A stretch of DNA of 64,000 nt from Bugula neritina (lineage: Eukaryota; Animalia; Bryozoa): the NCBI GenBank assembly GCA_964035545.1, contig OZ037767.1, positions 31,326,628 through 31,390,627 of the forward strand, given 5' to 3'. Both the position numbers and the translations under genes were made by a program. Within the stretch, counting starts at the first letter, position 1. Each line of letters starts with the position of its first letter. The notes under the pieces are model-generated. The model did not search any database, was not told where the DNA came from, and worked only from the letters and a program-made list of their open reading frames with translations. This document shows positions 58,941-64,000 of the stretch, in pieces.

Positions 58941-59870
58941 ATTGAAGACCAGGAATATGAATTATTCTCAAACGTATAGTTTAAAAAGAGACTGAGTTCT
59001 TATAGTGCTGAATTGTTTAAGTTTACTTTGTATGTAACATAATATCTAAGTTCATCACATTAGGATGAAAAAGGATGTCCTTGTTCATTTAATTTAAGAT
59101 TATCTAAATGTTAAATCCATGACATTTCAATAAAATTGAAACTGCTGTCACTTTTGTTTTTTCCAAAAAGAGTTAATGCTGTTGAAAAAGCATAAATTAT
59201 TTCTAAATTTGATTGCAAAACTGGTATAATATATAGAAGTATTCTTATAAAAAAAAACTGTTTTTCACAGTCTGCTGTGTTATATCTTTTGACAGTTGTT
59301 ATTTGCTATGTGGAGTGGGTGTAATCCAGCATTATATGTATGCTATTACCGAAATAATAAATAATTACAATTATGACTACAGCCAATAGTTACAATATTT
59401 TCCTTTCTGTTTAATCCTATCTAATAACACAGTTATAGGGACATCTTTGTAAAGCAAGTCGAGGCAATAAAATTATTATCTTTGTACTTAAGCCAGGATA
59501 TTTCTGCAAGACAAAATTTCGAACCTGGTTATATAAAGTAAAAACACTTATTTTAGGGATTGAGTATTGAGCCTACTTTAGAGCTTGTATTTAAGAAATA
59601 ACTGATATCAAAATATTTTTTATTTGTTTAATAAATCATCAAATGTAAAATCTGTTATCTGATCTAATGCACAGTCTTAAGGTACACTTATTTAGATTAA
59701 TCATTCTATCAGTTAGAATAATTTTCCATTACTATAAACCATAGCGTCTAGACAATTCTTCTATTCATCATATTGTTCAAGAGTAAAAATAAAAAAAAAC
59801 TTATCTTAGATGAAGCTTCATGCCTTCATAGTTAAAGTTTGTTATTTCTATCTTGTAGCGTTATACACAT

Positions 59871-60615
59871 AAAGATTTAAAGATATTTGTCCTCAATATA
59901 ATATTATTGATAGAAAGATTTGCTATTTATGCTGGCATCTCAGATGAGAGAATAAGAGAAAAAAGATTAAAAGATATTTGTCCTCAATATAATATTATTG
60001 ATATAGAGATTTGATCTTTATGCTAGCATCTCAGATGAGAGAATAAGAGAAAAAAGATTAAAAGATATTTGTCCTCAATATAATATTATTGATAGAAAGA
60101 TTTGCTATTTATGCTGGCATCTCAGATGAGAGAATAAGAGAAAAAAGATTAAAAGATATTTGTCCTCAATATAATATTATTGATAGAAAGATTTGATCTT
60201 TATGCTGGCATCTCAGATGAGAGAATAAGAGAGAAAAGATTAAAAGATATTTGTCCTCAATATAATATTATTGATAGAAAGATTTGCTATTTATGCTGGC
60301 ATCTCAGATGAGAGAATAAGAGAAAAAAGATTAAAAGATATTTGTCCTCAATATAATATTATTGATATAGAGATTTGATCTTTATGCTAGCATCTCAGAT
60401 GAGAGAATAAGAGAAAAAAGATTAAAAGATATTTGTCCTCAATATAATATTATTGATAGAAAGATTTGCTATTTATGCTGGCATCTCAGATGAGAGAATA
60501 AGAGAAAAAAGATTAAAAGATATTTGTCCTCAATATAATATTATTGATAGAAAGATTTGATCTTTATGCTGGCATCTCAGATGAGAGAATAAGAAAAAAA
60601 AGATTATTAAAAGAT
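59871..60615 (+). repeat. 91-bp satellite x8, with an orphan monomer at ~61176-61256
   Basis: AGATATTTGTCCTC recurs at 59881, 59972, 60063, 60154, 60245, 60336, 60427, 60518. Confidence 0.95.
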
Positions 60616-61376
60616 CATTTTGATCATTTTTTTTATTATATTACACACTATTACATACAGCGGCACAGGACAATTCATCACCATTCACCCTTATACTCAC
60701 TTAGCTACTCACTTAGCTACTCACTTAGCCACAGCTTTTTTTAAACCACAAATAGCTTCGTTTTCACTATATCAATGCAATGATTTTTGCTAACAGAATA
60801 ACTGTCAGCTTTTTGTAGCTAGTAGCCAGGAATTATAATAGCTAAGGTGTTTTATGCCTTCATGCCAGAGTCTGATGCCTTTCTCCACTGACTGTTGTAG
60901 TTCTCACTAGTCATTCTTGATTTTTGATTAAACTTTCACTATCACAATTTTATATATTTAATTCTAACTCTCCCCAGGAAGGGTAATAGAGGTATGTTGA
61001 CCATTGTTTTGCAACAATTTTGTAATTTTTGTATGTTTCATTATTCTTTCAATAATTTCTTTATTATCAAATCGTATTATTGTAGTTTCACGTTGGTTAC
61101 CAGTTAGTTTCAATAAACATCAGCAAAACTCTAGCAGTGTAACCTATTATAAATAAACTGGGGTAGACGTTACAGTCCTCAATATAATATTATTGATATA
61201 GAGATTTGATCTTTATGCTGGCATCTCAGATAAGAGAATAAGAGAGAAAAAAGATTCAACTGGACTCTCTTGGCAGTCAAACAACTTGTTTTCATTATTA
61301 AATTGTAAGAATCTTGTTTAGCTCTTCTCGTCTTAAATGTGTCTGTAATGTAAATACATACACAAATACGTCTAAC

Positions 61377-61729
61377 TCTAAGTATTGTCTAGACTACATA
61401 TAGCACTGATATCTAAGTACTGTCTAGACTACATACAGCACTGATATCTAAGTACTGTCTAGACTACATACAGCATTGATATCTAAGTGTTGTCTAGACT
61501 ACATATAGCACTGATATCTAAGTATTGTCTAGACTACATACAGCACTGATATCTAAGTGTTGTCTAGACTACATATAGCACTAATATCTAAGCACTGTCT
61601 AGACTACATATAGCACTGATATCTAAGTATTATCTAGACTACATATAGCACTAATATCTAAGTACTGTCTAGACTACATATAACACTGATATTTAAGTGT
61701 TGTCTAGACTACATATAACACTGATATCT
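61377..61729 (+). repeat. 35-bp minisatellite x10 (TCTAAGTATTGTCTAGACTACATATAGCACTGATA)
   Basis: Directly visible. Confidence 0.95.
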
Positions 61730-62524
61730 GCATATTGTAGAAGCTTTCATTGCTTACTCAGCAAAGTCAGCAAACAGTGATTTCTTCAACTAACCAGTAT
61801 ATACCAGTAAAGCTGTTCTTCCTTTCATGTGTCAGTTGTATAGACACTGACACCCCATTCTCTGTGGACTAACAGCTACTTGTTCAAAGACCTTCTTATA
61901 ATGTTGATAATAAGCTGTAGTTACTGGTACACTAGCTTCGTGACAGTCTTAGCCCTAAAGAGTGTGGGTACTTTTATCAAAGAATGTTTTTTATGAAGCG
62001 TTTTGCTGCAATGTGACACGATGGCACGTATCACATAGATATTTGGTTTAAATGGAGTGTATAATGCTATCTTGTTGATAATCATATTATTCTAAGAAAT
62101 TAATCTCAGTGTTGACTGTATTAAAACTTTCCTTGACAAACCTGCTGGTTAAATAATTGGGTCTACAAAATGGCCTCCATCTTGTAAAAAAAAATTATGG
62201 AAATTTTACTGCTTGCAAATTAATTCACTTATGCTTACAAAACTTTTCCTCACTGACTTGATGTTACATCTTTGGCATGTAAAATGGCACAATGCTGACT
62301 AAAACACGTTGTTTTTCTGTACTAAATTGTAAAGGTTAATCTTTTGAGATGCATTGAATATTACATCTGCCCCCTAAGTTACCAGAGGCATGTTTGAATT
62401 AATTGCTTATGTGTAGCTACTCCTTCTACAAGGTAATACAAATATAATTTCATTTGTTTTGCTTCAGTTCATTTAGTATAATATTTCCGGAGTTAATAGA
62501 ATTACTTGAGTACCTTTTGCTGTA

Positions 62525-62750
62525 TACTACCATATTAATGTAGTATAATATACTATATCGTATACTATGCTACTATATATATACTATACTATGCTACTAT
62601 ATACTATACTATACTACTATATACTACTCTATACTATACTATACTATACTATATACTATACTATACTACTATATATAACTATACTATACACTACATTATA
62701 CTACTATATTATATGCTACTATATACTACACTATTATAAACTAAACTACT
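62525..62750. repeat. (TACTA/TATAC)n low-complexity tract
   Basis: Directly visible; similar tracts at ~28430-28670 and ~57560-57800. Confidence 0.85.
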
Positions 62751-62982
62751 TAACTCCTAAACACCAAAAGCAATTTATCTAACTTCAAACTACCATTTCA
62801 TCACATATTGTAACTTTGCATCCACTATCTTACAGCTGATAGTCAATAGCCTGTTCAAAACAACAAGTTATTAGAATATAATTAATTCTCAGTTATCACG
62901 CCTTTGTCTTATCCTGGTCATTGACCCTAGCCGATGTACTCACATTCACAGAGTGCTTGTCTCATTATTGTTCTGCATGAAA

Positions 62983-63080
62983 CGTGATCTAACTGGGCTT
63001 GCGTGATCTAACTGGGCCTGCGTGTTCTAACTGGGCCTGCGTGATCTAACTGGGCCTGCGTGTTCAGCTGCCCTATAAAA
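62983..63080 (+). promoter_or_regulatory. CYP-E proximal promoter: 19-bp repeat x4.3 with four GCGTG cores, then TATA box (63074-63080)
   Basis: Unit CGTG(A/T)TCTAACTGGGC(C/T)TG; GCGTG at 63001, 63020, 63039, 63058; TATAAAA starts 45 nt before the ATG at 63119. Confidence 0.7.
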
Positions 63081-63118
63081 TTGCTATTGCAGCCGGTTTA
63101 CTACTTAGTGAGTGACAG

Positions 63119-63192
63119 ATGGAGCTGTTAGCAGGTTATGGTGTTCCTCCCTGGGGAGCTCTGACATTGGTCTTATTGTCTTTACTTTATTG
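63119..63192 (+). CDS. Cytochrome P450 copy E, first coding exon only (gene continues beyond the window)
   Basis: MELLAGYGVPPWGALTLVLLSLLY(W) ending TAT TG|GTAAGT, same ending and phase as exon 1 of copies A-D (e.g. MEILGLEVPLWVSLSTILLSLLYW). Confidence 0.8.
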
Positions 63193-63263
63193 GTAAGTTA
63201 AATGTGTTGATGCAGAAGTTATTAGTTTTATGAAGGTTGTTATAGAAGTAATTAGAACATAAT

Positions 63264-64000
63264 CACGGGCTTTCCATGTACCGATCTCAGATCGATCTCG
63301 CTGAGATCGATCTGAGAAATGTGCTCAGATCGATCGTTTTTCCATGAGAGTGTCAGATCGATCTTTCGAAGTTGCCTCCTCTTAAGTGAAGGATACTTTA
63401 AAAGTATAATTTGTTCACCTATTTGAGTGATTAAAGCTACTACTGTTAAAAACAAGATGGTCGTAGTCTAAAATTTAATCCCAGCTATAAATTATACGCA
63501 GCAAAGCTTTCAGTGCATGGTAATTTGGCCAATTTAAAATAATTAATTTTAATTTTTTAGCTTGACAGCTTATATAAAATTAATGGCTGTCTTGCTGATT
63601 ATTCATAAACTTACAGGACTGTTAGGCTTAAAATTATAAAGAAAATAGCTAATGAAACTAAGTTTTAATAGTCATTTAAATTCAATTTAAATTCTCCCAT
63701 TTTTTTACCTTCTACTGCATATAATTGAGTTTTTTTAATCATTGTACTGAAAGTCAAAGTTTTGGCATCTGAAAAGGTAGCCAACATAATTATTTAATAC
63801 TTTGCTTAGTAATTATCAATAAGTTATCATTTTTATTAGCAGACAACATTGTAGCGCGCAGTCTTTTTCTACTTCTCAGATCGATCTGGCATCTTTCCAT
63901 GGTCTTATTGACATGAGATCGATCTGAGTTCGAGCTCCACAGACCGACCAGCTCAGATCGACGGAGATCGATCTTTGGCGTCTTTCCATGGATCGATCTC
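63264..64000. mobile_element. Probable non-autonomous DNA transposon with clustered AGATCGATCT palindromes in CYP-E intron 1 (cut by the window edge)
   Basis: Two GC-richer blocks (63264-63370, 63875-64000) made of AGATCGATC(T) and TTTCCATG motifs around an AT-rich core; the right terminus is not in the window. Confidence 0.55.

Noticed and set aside
59905-59960. 91-bp satellite unit as an alternative last exon of CYP-D (AG|KDLLFMLASQMRE*)
   Set aside because: The true, clearly homologous exon 13 is at 58854-58940; the resemblance is limited to a few codons and there is no good polypyrimidine tract.
61741-61872. Open frame after TATTGTAG as a CYP exon
   Set aside because: No similarity to any exon of the four paralogues.

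Overview
AT-rich, intron-rich eukaryotic DNA from an invertebrate animal (a lophotrochozoan-like origin is my inference only). Hand-splicing at GT-AG boundaries gives ten essentially complete genes and the first exon of an eleventh. The left part has two head-to-head gene pairs: TIMM13(-)/GSKIP(+) and RNase T2(-)/PRPF38B(+). Next come two tandem secreted, strongly cationic double-WAP (four-disulfide core) genes. From 23.5 kb there is a tandem array of clan-3 (CYP3A-like) cytochrome P450 genes: four intact 13-exon copies and exon 1 of a fifth. Introns and spacers hold many minisatellites and several mobile-element relics, some datable because the paralogous CYP copy keeps the empty site. Most notable: (1) a 244-bp Penelope-like insertion in a CYP intron carrying two minimal type I hammerhead ribozymes in inverted orientation; (2) a 19-bp minisatellite placing four GCGTG (AhR/bHLH-PAS XRE core) sites directly upstream of the fifth CYP's TATA box; (3) duplicated splice sites whose use would give an in-frame stop, in PRPF38B and three CYP introns; (4) apparent gene-conversion tracts next to diversified substrate-recognition sites in the CYPs; (5) an unusual compact CCGC WAP domain. 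All exon coordinates were derived by eye and need RNA-seq confirmation.
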